NCBI GenBank assembly: GCA_045617705.1
Contig: JAZLJE010000212.1
Span: 1-35,971, forward strand
Reading direction: 5' to 3'
DNA from: Ruminococcus sp.
GTDB lineage: Bacteria; Bacillota; Clostridia; Oscillospirales; Acutalibacteraceae
Length of the DNA: 35,971 nt
Positions 19,383 to 27,658 of the stretch are shown here, piece after piece. Both the position numbers and the translations under genes were made by a program. How positions within the stretch are numbered: position 1 is the stretch's first letter; each line of letters begins with the position of its first letter. The notes beneath the pieces were generated by a model, which saw only the letters and a program-made list of their open reading frames with translations, did not search any database and had not been told where the DNA came from.

Positions 19383-20602
19383 TTCTTATCAACCTCTAAA
19401 TAGTTGTTCATATCTCTTTCATAAGTATATTCCAAAGCGTCCAATGTGTCAATATCTGACGAAAAATTATCTAATCTTTCATCATTCATCTTGTCTTTGT
19501 TCCATACCGCTTCACATAATGCCGTTTTAACCGTTTCACAATCTTCGGTATATGTGAATTTTTCTAAACACATCATTCGCACTAAAAACCTAATACGGTC
19601 ATTTATAGGTTTTTTCCACGCTCCACGACAAATCGCCTGCGGAAAATATCGGTCAACGGCTTCCTCTATCATTCTACCTAATACACTCTCTGCGTTATCA
19701 TAGTAAACATAATCTATCTTGCCGTATTTCTTCTCGACCTTTCGGCAAAACTTTACGAATAAATCTTCTAATTCATTCGGCGTTATCTTTTGCCCTGCGT
19801 GTCTTTCGCTCATCAATGCAACTAAATTTGTGTATTCATCATCGTGTCCCGTTGCTACGAAAGAGTGTCCCGACTTATTACCACCAAAGTCTATGCCTAC
19901 TACAATTTCGTTTACTTTCTCATTTCCTTTTGCTTTGAAGTCATCGGGATTATCAGCAAACGCTTTATATATCGTTCCCTCTGCTCGTTTCCACAAGCCT
20001 AATATATATCGTTCATAATAAACCGTACCTTTGTATTCTCTCTTGATATTTTCTATTGTTTCTTTCGGCAAAGTCGAGTTATCATCAATAGTATATCTCT
20101 GTTCGTATATGTCTGCGTTACTTTCAAGGAATTTCTTAAACCAATGTGTCGGCTCTTCGGGGTTGCACGCTCCGTCAACTACCGAATATGGCTTATCAAG
20201 TCTTGACTTTAGCATTATAAATACTTCTTCGCTTATTTCACACACTTCGTCGATATAACAATACTTTGCACTTGCACCTCTCAATTTGCCTACTTGATTT
20301 ATCTTTTCAGCACCTAAACAATATACAGGCTCACCAAATAAAATAGCAATATTTTGTGAATTTATGCTTCCTACCTTGTTGCCATAAATCTCACGCATCG
20401 GCTCTAAAACATTTCTTTCTATTGTGGATTTCGATACGCCTAAAATGAAATTCAGCCCGCTTTTCCCCTTGCGTTCTAATATTCTATAAGGGATAACAAC
20501 TGCTATGTCTACATAGGTTTTGCCACTTCTTACCGCTCCGACCTTAAAATTCCAACGGTGAGTAGCGGTCTTACAATATTCTTTTTGCTTACTCGTCAGC
20601 AT
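19379..20602 (-). CDS. terL: Terminase large subunit, PBSX-type
   Basis: Walker A GAVRSGKT, Walker B YIDE, CNP, nuclease GIDFG. Confidence 0.95.
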   Translation of the reverse strand: MLTSKQKEYCKTATHRWNFKVGAVRSGKTYVDIAVVIPYRILERKGKSGLNFILGVSKSTIERNVLEPMREIYGNKVGSINSQNIAILFGEPVYCLGAEKINQVGKLRGASAKYCYIDEVCEISEEVFIMLKSRLDKPYSVVDGACNPEEPTHWFKKFLESNADIYEQRYTIDDNSTLPKETIENIKREYKGTVYYERYILGLWKRAEGTIYKAFADNPDDFKAKGNEKVNEIVVGIDFGGNKSGHSFVATGHDDEYTNLVALMSERHAGQKITPNELEDLFVKFCRKVEKKYGKIDYVYYDNAESVLGRMIEEAVDRYFPQAICRGAWKKPINDRIRFLVRMMCLEKFTYTEDCETVKTALCEAVWNKDKMNDERLDNFSSDIDTLDALEYTYERDMNNYLEVDKK

Positions 20603-20945
20603 TACTCATCAACCCCGATAATGCCTTAAATATCGCTTTGTTCGTATCATCGCTACTATAATCTACCTCGTACTCGCCTATCTGTTTCGCGATTTCTCTA
20701 TATGCTTGCAAATCCCCTTTTGTTGCTTTTTTTACCATTTGTAATACAATCATAGTTTTCGCGTCAATCGGATTTCCCTCTTTATCTTTGCCAACATTAG
20801 TTTTTAATGCTTCCTCAAATAAAGCACGAAACATCTTTCGTTCTTCTCTGACTTCCTTTGACTTTTTCCAACCTTTTTCTGATATTTCTTTTCTTTCTTC
20901 GGACGGTCTGTCCGCTAACGATATTAAATTGTTTTTGTTTGCCAT
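20589..20945 (-). CDS. terS: Terminase small subunit
   Basis: MANKNNLI...ERKEISEKG N-terminus and KGDLQA; overlaps the terL start. Confidence 0.75.
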   Translation of the reverse strand: MANKNNLISLADRPSEERKEISEKGWKKSKEVREERKMFRALFEEALKTNVGKDKEGNPIDAKTMIVLQMVKKATKGDLQAYREIAKQIGEYEVDYSSDDTNKAIFKALSGLMSNADE

Positions 20946-20955
20946 ATTATCACCT

Positions 20956-21429
20956 TTATTTTTTATAGAAAAAAGAGGCTGTTTTACAATTATTTCTTAA
21001 CGATTTTCTTTTATAGTCTATTGCGCTCTTTGTCGAAGAGCATTTATTGGTGCCGTATCGTACCATAGCCCATTTGTCCGACATTGATAAAGACCTAATC
21101 ATATTTTTAGCACTTGTAACAATGCTAAAATCAAATTCTTGTGCCTTATAAAGTTCGGCAATTTTTGTTAAAAATCGTGTGCCAAGTCCAATTCCTTGAT
21201 AATCTGGCAATATGACCAATCGTGAACATCGCTTTATCTTTTTGTTTTTTCCGTGTGGCTGATGTAAAACAGCCATAAATCCTATTATATCGTTATCGTC
21301 ATACAGACCATAGCAAACGCTACTTGCTGTCAATTCACTGTTCAAATAATGATAACGCCTAAATTTTGCCCACTCGCTCTTGCCACATCTTTTAATTTCA
21401 AATCTTTTTTGTGGTCGTGGGCGGATACA
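20956..21429 (-). CDS. GNAT (Mom-like) acetyltransferase domain, probably reached by -1 frameshift from the ABC ATPase
   Basis: Acetyl-CoA motif SRLVILPDYQGIGLG; the frame is open upstream of the track's TTG, back to 21429 (CIRPRPQKRFEIKRCGKSEWAKFRRYHYLN). Confidence 0.75.
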   Translation of the reverse strand, partial: CIRPRPQKRFEIKRCGKSEWAKFRRYHYLNSELTASSVCYGLYDDNDIIGFMAVLHQPHGKNKKIKRCSRLVILPDYQGIGLGTRFLTKIAELYKAQEFDFSIVTSAKNMIRSLSMSDKWAMVRYGTNKCSSTKSAIDYKRKSLRNNCKTASFFYKK

Positions 21430-22013
21430 AAAAAAGTTTTCATTTCATCTGTGTTAAATATCCAATCAGGTTGCAAATATTCCGCAACATCATAATGGCA
21501 AGTGACACCGATAAACTTTTTGTTTTGCTGTTTTATTGTTTTGTTCATCGCGATACAAATATTTTGTGCAACATTTCTATCAACCACGCTCGTAAATTCA
21601 TCAAACACGATAAAATCTTGTTCAAGCATAGCCTTTGCCAAGTCAACTCTCATCTTTTCCCCGTTGCTCAACACTCGATATGGCTTTAGCCAATTCGGCA
21701 CAGAACCAAATCCTACACTATAAAACATTTTTTGTATGTCGTCAATGTCGACTTTTGGCATATCGTCTATAACGGCTTTTTCTTTGTATTCGCTCGCGAA
21801 TATATGTTCTCCAAATATTTCTCTTGCAATAGTGCTTTTGCCTGTACCACTTTTGCCGACAATTAAACCTATATTCCAATTCTGCGGAATTTCAATATCT
21901 CCCGTTAAATGCAAATGTGTATGTTCGTTATTGATGTCATAATCAGCCTTTATTTTAGAGATTCTGAAACTTTCTTCAATGTCGTTTTTTCTTACAATGT
22001 CGAAATGTGGCAT
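21342..22013 (-). CDS. Soluble ABC-type ATPase
   Basis: Walker A GKSGTGKST, signature LSNGE, Walker B IVFDE, H-loop VTCH; no TM segment and no permease nearby. Confidence 0.9.
   Translation of the reverse strand: MPHFDIVRKNDIEESFRISKIKADYDINNEHTHLHLTGDIEIPQNWNIGLIVGKSGTGKSTIAREIFGEHIFASEYKEKAVIDDMPKVDIDDIQKMFYSVGFGSVPNWLKPYRVLSNGEKMRVDLAKAMLEQDFIVFDEFTSVVDRNVAQNICIAMNKTIKQQNKKFIGVTCHYDVAEYLQPDWIFNTDEMKTFFVSAHDHKKDLKLKDVARASGQNLGVIII
21368..21435 (-). promoter_or_regulatory. Putative -1 frameshift signal: T TTT TTT plus stem-loop
   Basis: Heptamer 21435-21429, 6-nt spacer, nested stems GCCCAC/GTGGGC and CCACA/TGTGG. Confidence 0.7.
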
Positions 22014-22501
22014 ACATAACCCTCTTCCTGCAATTTAAGGAATTTCTGTTCTGCGTCTGCTTCATCGTCACATTCAATAACAATGCTTATATTTTCCTCA
22101 TACTCAATATCTTGCCTTTCGTTTTCTTGTTTATTTCCCTCATACTCAAATCCGAATTTTTCCATATCAAATTCAAAGATATTATCTAATTCGCTGTCCA
22201 ATAATTCAAAATCCCATTTTGCTTGCTCGCTTACTTTATTGTCGGCAAGCCTGTATGCGTTTATCTGTTCTTCGGTTAAATCGTCAGCCACAACACACGG
22301 CACTTTATCTATTCCCAATTTCACACACGCTTTGTATCTCGTATGTCCGCATACTATGACATCTTTTTTATCAATAACAATCGGGACTTTGAAACCGAAC
22401 TCTTTTATGCTGTTTACTACATATTCAACGGCATTGTCATTTTTTCTCGGATTTTTCTTGTAAGGTTTTAAATCTTTTATGCTTTTTTCTACTATTTTCA
22501 A
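21992..22501 (-). CDS. ParB/Srx N-terminal domain protein
   Basis: NPRKND, SIKEFGF, GHTR and YRLADNK motifs; TTG start at 22501 after GGGAG; no C-terminal HTH or MTase domain. Confidence 0.85.
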   Translation of the reverse strand: MKIVEKSIKDLKPYKKNPRKNDNAVEYVVNSIKEFGFKVPIVIDKKDVIVCGHTRYKACVKLGIDKVPCVVADDLTEEQINAYRLADNKVSEQAKWDFELLDSELDNIFEFDMEKFGFEYEGNKQENERQDIEYEENISIVIECDDEADAEQKFLKLQEEGYVCHISTL

Positions 22502-22541
22502 ATTCGTTGCTCCCACGTTGCTTTTTTCTTTTCCCGATGTA

Positions 22542-22570
22542 ACTGTAACATAACAGCGGAAAAAAGTCAA
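22542..22570 (-). promoter_or_regulatory. Sigma-A-like promoter for the ParB-ABC-GNAT-terminase operon
   Basis: TTGACT-17 nt-TACAGT with a TG extension. Confidence 0.55.
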
Positions 22571-22598
22571 ATATTTTTTAATTTTTTACAGATAACTA

Positions 22599-22627
22599 TT
22601 GACAAATAGAAAAAAGTATGATATTAT
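22599..22627 (+). promoter_or_regulatory. Sigma-A promoter of the plus-strand gene
   Basis: TTGACA-17 nt-TATTAT with a TG extension. Confidence 0.8.
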
Positions 22628-22696
22628 ATAAATGTAATCAAGAGAGATTGCAAAAATGAAAAATAAAAGTCTATGGACTATAAACGGAGGAAAATT

Positions 22697-23173
22697 ATGA
22701 AAATCAATCTAACAGAATCAATCAAAATCAAAAAGGAAATCAAACGAATTGAAGAAAGATATGGCATATTACCATCACAAACTATGGAAGAATTGAAAAA
22801 CGCACGAGAAGAATTGAAAAAGGCAGGGGCAAAAGTACAGAAAATCATTGATGAAGTACAGGGAAGAGCAAAAGAAAGAACAATTGCAGTAAACGATATA
22901 GCAGGGGCTGTTATCAATGCGGAACAAAAAATAGGATTGACAAAGAAAGCGTTGAATGGTTGCTCCATTTGGTTTGACCTGAACGGACAAGACTTCCCGA
23001 GTGCTTACAAATGGACGCCGATGTCAACCCAATTTACGGTTGAGATGATAAACGGCAAATGGTATTTAACCGATGTGCAAAGGGAAAAATGCACAAAGGC
23101 AACGGCTGATGTCAGATTGACCGAACAGGCAAAGGAATTGTTGATGGCGAAAATAAAAACATTAAATTTTTGA
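22697..23173 (+). CDS. Hypothetical protein, moron-like (only clear plus-strand gene)
   Basis: Own promoter, GGAGG RBS before ATG 22697, and a downstream terminator. Confidence 0.8.
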   Translation: MKINLTESIKIKKEIKRIEERYGILPSQTMEELKNAREELKKAGAKVQKIIDEVQGRAKERTIAVNDIAGAVINAEQKIGLTKKALNGCSIWFDLNGQDFPSAYKWTPMSTQFTVEMINGKWYLTDVQREKCTKATADVRLTEQAKELLMAKIKTLNF

Positions 23174-23309
23174 AAAAAGTTGCAATAAACTATTGACAAA
23201 TAAAAGATAGAGGTTATCGGATTTCGTATCCGATAAAAAAACAATGTCGGCATCCCTAACTTTTGACCGAGCAGGGACACCGACTTTCTTTTATGACTCC
23301 TTCGGAAAG

Positions 23310-23340
23310 AAAAGCACGGATTTTTTGTCCGTGCTTTTTT
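23310..23340. terminator. Bidirectional intrinsic terminator
   Basis: aaaagcacgga/tccgtgctttt inverted repeat with T tracts on both strands, between convergent genes. Confidence 0.85.
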
Positions 23341-23660
23341 TATGTTTCTTTTACGGATATTCCGTGTACTTGCAACATCAATTTACGCTTTATGATATAA
23401 TCGGGTGTCCGCTTCCCTTTTGTGTCCTCAACTACCGTTTCGCCATTCTGATAATATACAAAATCTGCTATATATTCGCATTTCCGCTCGTTCCGATACT
23501 TGCCTTTCTGCTTCGGGATAAGTTCGAACCTAACCTGTAACCGCAAGTCTTTGATTTTGCCCGCTTTTTGCATAAGGCTCAACTCTCTGTAACGGTAGGC
23601 TTCTTTCTTGCTGTCGAACATAATTCCGTCTATTACGGTTTTTTTATTGCCATATTTCAT
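23340..23660 (-). CDS. DUF1064 PD-(D/E)XK endonuclease
   Basis: KYGNKK..DGIMFDSKKEA..Y, YIADFVY and VEDTKG motifs. Confidence 0.85.
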   Translation of the reverse strand: MKYGNKKTVIDGIMFDSKKEAYRYRELSLMQKAGKIKDLRLQVRFELIPKQKGKYRNERKCEYIADFVYYQNGETVVEDTKGKRTPDYIIKRKLMLQVHGISVKET

Positions 23661-23743
23661 AATTTTTTTTGGATTTCTTCGGGAGTTTCCCAAACTGAAT
23701 TTGTCCTGTTGCAAAACATACAACTGATATGTATCTTTTTTCT

Positions 23744-24025
23744 TCACTTTTCGTTTCGATACATCTCTGTTCTATTACGGTTATCTGTTCTGTATTCACA
23801 TACACTTTCATTTTCTTGTTTTTGTCTGCTCTCTGCGATACTCTCATACCGTCTTATTGTTTCCTGCTGTTCTCGATATATCGAAACACAACCGCAAATA
23901 GACAATATAAGCCCGAACAAAGAAATTAAAAACACCACCGCATAGAATGTCGATAACTTCCATAAGAAAAACATAACGCAAGTTGTTATTGATAATGATA
24001 CAATTAAAAATAAACCAAATATCAT
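23744..24025 (-). CDS. Two-TM membrane protein
   Basis: GGAGG RBS; hydrophobic N-terminal half. Confidence 0.5.
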   Translation of the reverse strand: MIFGLFLIVSLSITTCVMFFLWKLSTFYAVVFLISLFGLILSICGCVSIYREQQETIRRYESIAESRQKQENESVCEYRTDNRNRTEMYRNEK

Positions 24026-24035
24026 AATATCCCTC

Positions 24036-24275
24036 CTATATAAAAATCTTTGTGTGTGCCGTACTACATAAATATTCTTTGTGTATTCGGATGTGTTCGC
24101 GGTATCTTCCACTTATAATAGCCTGTGTCAATATATGCTCAATCTGTTCAAGCGGTCTATTCATAATGTACGCTATTTTTAAGGGGCTGTCCCCTCTGCC
24201 ATACCATATACATACCAAAAACTCCGTATCATTAGTAAGCGGTCTTTCTTTGTTCTTCGATACGGCTTTTCCCAT
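24036..24275 (-). CDS. Small HTH-like protein
   Basis: GDSPLKIAYIMNRPLEQIEHIL resembles a helix-turn-helix; start uncertain. Confidence 0.45.
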   Translation of the reverse strand: MGKAVSKNKERPLTNDTEFLVCIWYGRGDSPLKIAYIMNRPLEQIEHILTQAIISGRYREHIRIHKEYLCSTAHTKIFI

Positions 24276-24297
24276 AAATTCTTCCGTTCCCCGTTCT

Positions 24298-24846
24298 CTA
24301 CACATCTTTGTACTCCTTATCCCAACACTTTTTACAACCATTTTCGCAAGAAAAGTTGCTGTTTCCGTATAAATGGCTAACACAAACAGCAGGATAACCA
24401 CTATCAAGTGTTCTTGCATTTGGATGCTTCTCGAAGAAGTCCTGTCGATATGTTTTTGTCGAGTGTTCGTCAAGATATTTTAAAATTGTCTTGTTTGCTT
24501 TGTCGGGATATTTTGCAAGAAAACTGTCGCAAGAGTATCCTATACCATTATTTTTGCTATTCAACGGACAATCCTCACAAATGAATCCTTTTTCATTCTG
24601 ACAAAACTTTCTTAAAATCTTTGCACAATCGAATATCGTCGCGACTTTCGGCTCAACAGCATTGTAGTCTGCCTTATTTGTTTTCGCTTCTGTTTGATTT
24701 GGCTTTTCCTTGTCATCTGCCTGTTTAATTTCTTTTAATTCTTCTGCAATATTGTACGCTTCCAACAAAAACGATTTTTCCGTTGCGTTTCCACTTTCGG
24801 ATTTTAACCGAGTTTCGACCATATTTTTAAAATCATCAAGTTTCAT
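24298..24846 (-). CDS. Cys-rich hypothetical phage protein
   Basis: GGAGG RBS; CEDCPL, TYRQDFFEKHPNA and CKKCWD motifs. Confidence 0.65.
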   Translation of the reverse strand: MKLDDFKNMVETRLKSESGNATEKSFLLEAYNIAEELKEIKQADDKEKPNQTEAKTNKADYNAVEPKVATIFDCAKILRKFCQNEKGFICEDCPLNSKNNGIGYSCDSFLAKYPDKANKTILKYLDEHSTKTYRQDFFEKHPNARTLDSGYPAVCVSHLYGNSNFSCENGCKKCWDKEYKDV

Positions 24847-24882
24847 TTATTTAACCTCCCAAATCGCTTTCCAAATGTATAA

Positions 24883-25578
24883 TCATTTTCCTGCCTCCAT
24901 TTCCGCCCTCAACGACTCTTTTATGTAGTAATTGAGGTTGAGGCTTTTGCAGAGTTCCTCCGCTTTTTTCCCGAATTTCGCCCAATTTATGTCTGACTTG
25001 TGATAATTCAGTTTTCCAATTTTCGCTCTGTCAACAATGCTTGCTACACAATGGAGTTCTATAAAAAACTGCCTCTCGTTTGTTACAGGCTCAAAAGATA
25101 CCCAAGTCTTTATGCCCCTGCCGTGAGCCTCTGCAAGAGAGTCAAGCCTTGCTTTCCAAATCGGGTTTCTGCCGTTTCCTATACCGTCAAAGGTTATCCC
25201 ATACCAATCATTTTCATCGAGCAGGTCGAAATCTCTACTGCCATCGCCTTTGGTTAGTATCTGGACATTGTTCCCAGTGCTTTTGAGCAACGATATGATT
25301 TCTCTTGTAACCGTGCTGTCATATCCCGTCGGGTATGGGTCGCAAGTAAAGCAAAGGTGAACGAGTTTCCCTGTTATGTGTTCTCTCTCAATTTGCTTTT
25401 TGACTTCTTCTATGATATTTTTTCTCGGCTCTACAACGCTATGAAATTGTTGTCTATTTTTATGTAACACCTTTGGTGCAAAGCAATAAAAACATCTATG
25501 AGGACAGCCTGTGTATATGTTAATTGCGTAGTCGCCATATTCTTTGGCTTTTCCGCTTGGTTGATATATCGGCTTCAT
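24883..25578 (-). CDS. Radical SAM protein (spore photoproduct lyase-like clade)
   Basis: CxxxCxxC motif GCPHRCFYC; CDPY, ILTK and TWVSFEP motifs. Confidence 0.85.
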   Translation of the reverse strand: MKPIYQPSGKAKEYGDYAINIYTGCPHRCFYCFAPKVLHKNRQQFHSVVEPRKNIIEEVKKQIEREHITGKLVHLCFTCDPYPTGYDSTVTREIISLLKSTGNNVQILTKGDGSRDFDLLDENDWYGITFDGIGNGRNPIWKARLDSLAEAHGRGIKTWVSFEPVTNERQFFIELHCVASIVDRAKIGKLNYHKSDINWAKFGKKAEELCKSLNLNYYIKESLRAEMEAGK

Positions 25579-25584
25579 TCACTC

Positions 25585-25905
25585 TCACCGCCTTTCAAAA
25601 GCCTGTTGTACCCACCTATCTAAAAATTTATAAAGTTTATAATCAGTCGTAACATCATTTTCAATGCAGTCAAAATTCAAATCAGGGACAACATATTTTC
25701 CGTGTCCAACATTTTTGTGTGTATCTATCAACTGTGCAGTCATTATTCGGTTAAAATCTCCGTTTGGTTTTCTCGGGTTCCAATCAAACACCAACCTATA
25801 CCGAAAATCTTTTCGAGATAACGGCATATCTAAAAAAATAGGCGTGTGCTTATTTTTAGCGTGTGGTTTAAGATTTTCATAAAACCATTGTTTATCTAAT
25901 TTCAT
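25585..25905 (-). CDS. Hypothetical protein
   Basis: ORF coupled within the operon. Confidence 0.6.
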   Translation of the reverse strand: MKLDKQWFYENLKPHAKNKHTPIFLDMPLSRKDFRYRLVFDWNPRKPNGDFNRIMTAQLIDTHKNVGHGKYVVPDLNFDCIENDVTTDYKLYKFLDRWVQQAFERR

Positions 25906-26332
25906 ATACCCTCACCTCTTTCAAAAGTTCTGGGTTATCGTGGATGTTGCCTATGACCTCTATTTTGTTTTTTCTGTAATTTGTCCAATATCCAATCTCT
26001 TTTGGCAAATAACTATTTTCCCATTTGATGAAGAAGCCACAATTATAGTTATCAGAGTTTATATCACATTCGCTAAATTTAACCTCACCTATATTGGGCT
26101 TTGCATTGTCAACGGGAAAAACATATTTTACTATATCCCCCTCAAAAATCCTTGTGCCGTTTTTATCTTCCAATCCTGTAAATTCTGAAACTGTGTCGGG
26201 TATGACTTTAACCTTTGAGCCATAATTTCCAATTAACATATTACCGTCAAAATCCTCAAACGGTACGCCATAAACCCATTCACCGTTGTCTATTCGCTTA
26301 CCACGAAATTCTATTTTACGCATTGTTTTCAC
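25892..26332 (-). CDS. YopX family protein
   Basis: IEFRGKR, FTGLEDKNG.RIFEGDIV and EVIGNIHDNPELL motifs. Confidence 0.9.
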   Translation of the reverse strand: MKTMRKIEFRGKRIDNGEWVYGVPFEDFDGNMLIGNYGSKVKVIPDTVSEFTGLEDKNGTRIFEGDIVKYVFPVDNAKPNIGEVKFSECDINSDNYNCGFFIKWENSYLPKEIGYWTNYRKNKIEVIGNIHDNPELLKEVRVYEIR

Positions 26333-26756
26333 CTACCATTTCTTTAATAATGTTGTCAATATGTTCTTTAAACAAATCGTCTCTAACTTCGTAACACAAT
26401 TCTGCATTTTCGTAATATTCTTCAATAAATTGATACATATCTATATCTTTCAACCTTTCCGCAAACTCTTTATATGCTTCGAATTTAACTTCATTTATTC
26501 TTGTAATAGCGTTTATAACCCTTCCTCTTTGTTCGTTTGTTTTATCAATAAGATTGTTAAGTTTGTCAATCTCCGCTTTTTGTCGGTTAATGAGGTCAAG
26601 CGTTTGCTCTGCTAAAAATTCTTGGCAGGTTTTATCTTCCATATCTTTAACAATGTTGGCAATTTCACATTCTCGGCACTCATTCGTAAATTTATGAGGA
26701 TATAAATAACAACACTCTTGTGCCCTTATAATTTCTTCATCGGTTAATTTTTTCAC
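26316..26756 (-). CDS. Hypothetical phage protein
   Basis: LDLINRQKAEI and KEFAERLK motifs common in gut Firmicutes phages. Confidence 0.7.
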   Translation of the reverse strand: MKKLTDEEIIRAQECCYLYPHKFTNECRECEIANIVKDMEDKTCQEFLAEQTLDLINRQKAEIDKLNNLIDKTNEQRGRVINAITRINEVKFEAYKEFAERLKDIDMYQFIEEYYENAELCYEVRDDLFKEHIDNIIKEMVGENNA

Positions 26757-26772
26757 TATTTTCCGTCACTCC

Positions 26773-26943
26773 TCATTTTATAAAAATCAAAAGAATAGGA
26801 ACACACAAAACAAACATTGCTATCCATTGTGTTTTCGAGATGAATAAAAAGTCATCTTTGCTCCGATACTTTATATTCTCAAAAAATGCGATTATGTACC
26901 AAAATAAAATATAAATTGCAGATAAAATTATTTTAATTTTCAT
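26773..26943 (-). CDS. 56-aa two-TM membrane protein; not in ORF track
   Basis: AAGGAG RBS; MKIKIILSAIYILFWYII...VPILLIFIK. Confidence 0.65.
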   Translation of the reverse strand: MKIKIILSAIYILFWYIIAFFENIKYRSKDDFLFISKTQWIAMFVLCVPILLIFIK

Positions 26944-26945
26944 TT

Positions 26946-27335
26946 TTACTCCTTATCATTTTTTAATTTTTGTTCTGCTTCTTTACTCGTGAAGAACAAC
27001 AATTTCCCAAATTCATTAACTCTATACTCTTTTCTTCTGCCACGATACATAATAGGCTCAACAATTACAATACATACAACCTCACCGTTTCGTTTAGATT
27101 GCCTGAACTCTTTAACCTCTGCCAAATATGGAACATACTTACTTGGCGTCGGTACATCCCATAAAGCGGTTATAATATCCCCAACCTTGCACGGCACTTC
27201 AATATTTTTTGATTTGTCTTTGAAATGGTCGCATTTACTGCTTGCATAACCTTCTTCGTCAAAATTGCCAAATTCGTGAATTTCGTAATATGTGCCTTTG
27301 CATGCTTCATAATGTAAACAATCTTTACAAGTCAT
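26946..27335 (-). CDS. Hypothetical phage protein
   Basis: CKDCLHYEAC, VPCKVGD and FFTSKEAE motifs. Confidence 0.7.
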   Translation of the reverse strand: MTCKDCLHYEACKGTYYEIHEFGNFDEEGYASSKCDHFKDKSKNIEVPCKVGDIITALWDVPTPSKYVPYLAEVKEFRQSKRNGEVVCIVIVEPIMYRGRRKEYRVNEFGKLLFFTSKEAEQKLKNDKE

Positions 27336-27658
27336 AACTCTTTCCTTTTTCTTACTTGTTCATCTAATGCTTTTTCTGCTTCTTCACGGGTGAGAAACCA
27401 ACAGGATTTCAATTCGTGCGTATATCTACCAAGCATTGAAAGGTCAAATCCATATTTGTATTTTTCTGTATGAGTTGGCTTCAAAGTTATAAATCCATTA
27501 CCCAAATTATCGCCCACAAGATGATATACCGTATCTCCAATCTTGCACGGTGGCACGATAACGCCATTCAGTAAAAGATAATCAAAAACATCATCATATT
27601 TGTCTTTATTTTCTTCCCATTCTTGAAACAACTTAATCAATCTTTCACGCTCGGTCAT
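27332..27658 (-). CDS. Hypothetical phage protein (paralog of the downstream gene)
   Basis: PPCKIGD and FLTREEAE motifs; start refined to 27658. Confidence 0.7.
   Translation of the reverse strand: MTERERLIKLFQEWEENKDKYDDVFDYLLLNGVIVPPCKIGDTVYHLVGDNLGNGFITLKPTHTEKYKYGFDLSMLGRYTHELKSCWFLTREEAEKALDEQVRKRKEL

Noticed and set aside
424-21942. Many plus-strand ORFs in the track (e.g. 8609-9163, 19018-19530)
   Set aside because: They are antisense shadows of real minus-strand genes, with no RBS or recognisable motifs.
21342-22013. ABC transporter or resistance gene
   Set aside because: No permease or binding protein; the context and the GNAT continuation indicate a soluble ATPase.
21992-22501. 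Plasmid-prophage ParABS partition system
   Set aside because: Only the N-terminal ParB/Srx domain is present, with no HTH and no ParA, and it sits in the packaging operon.
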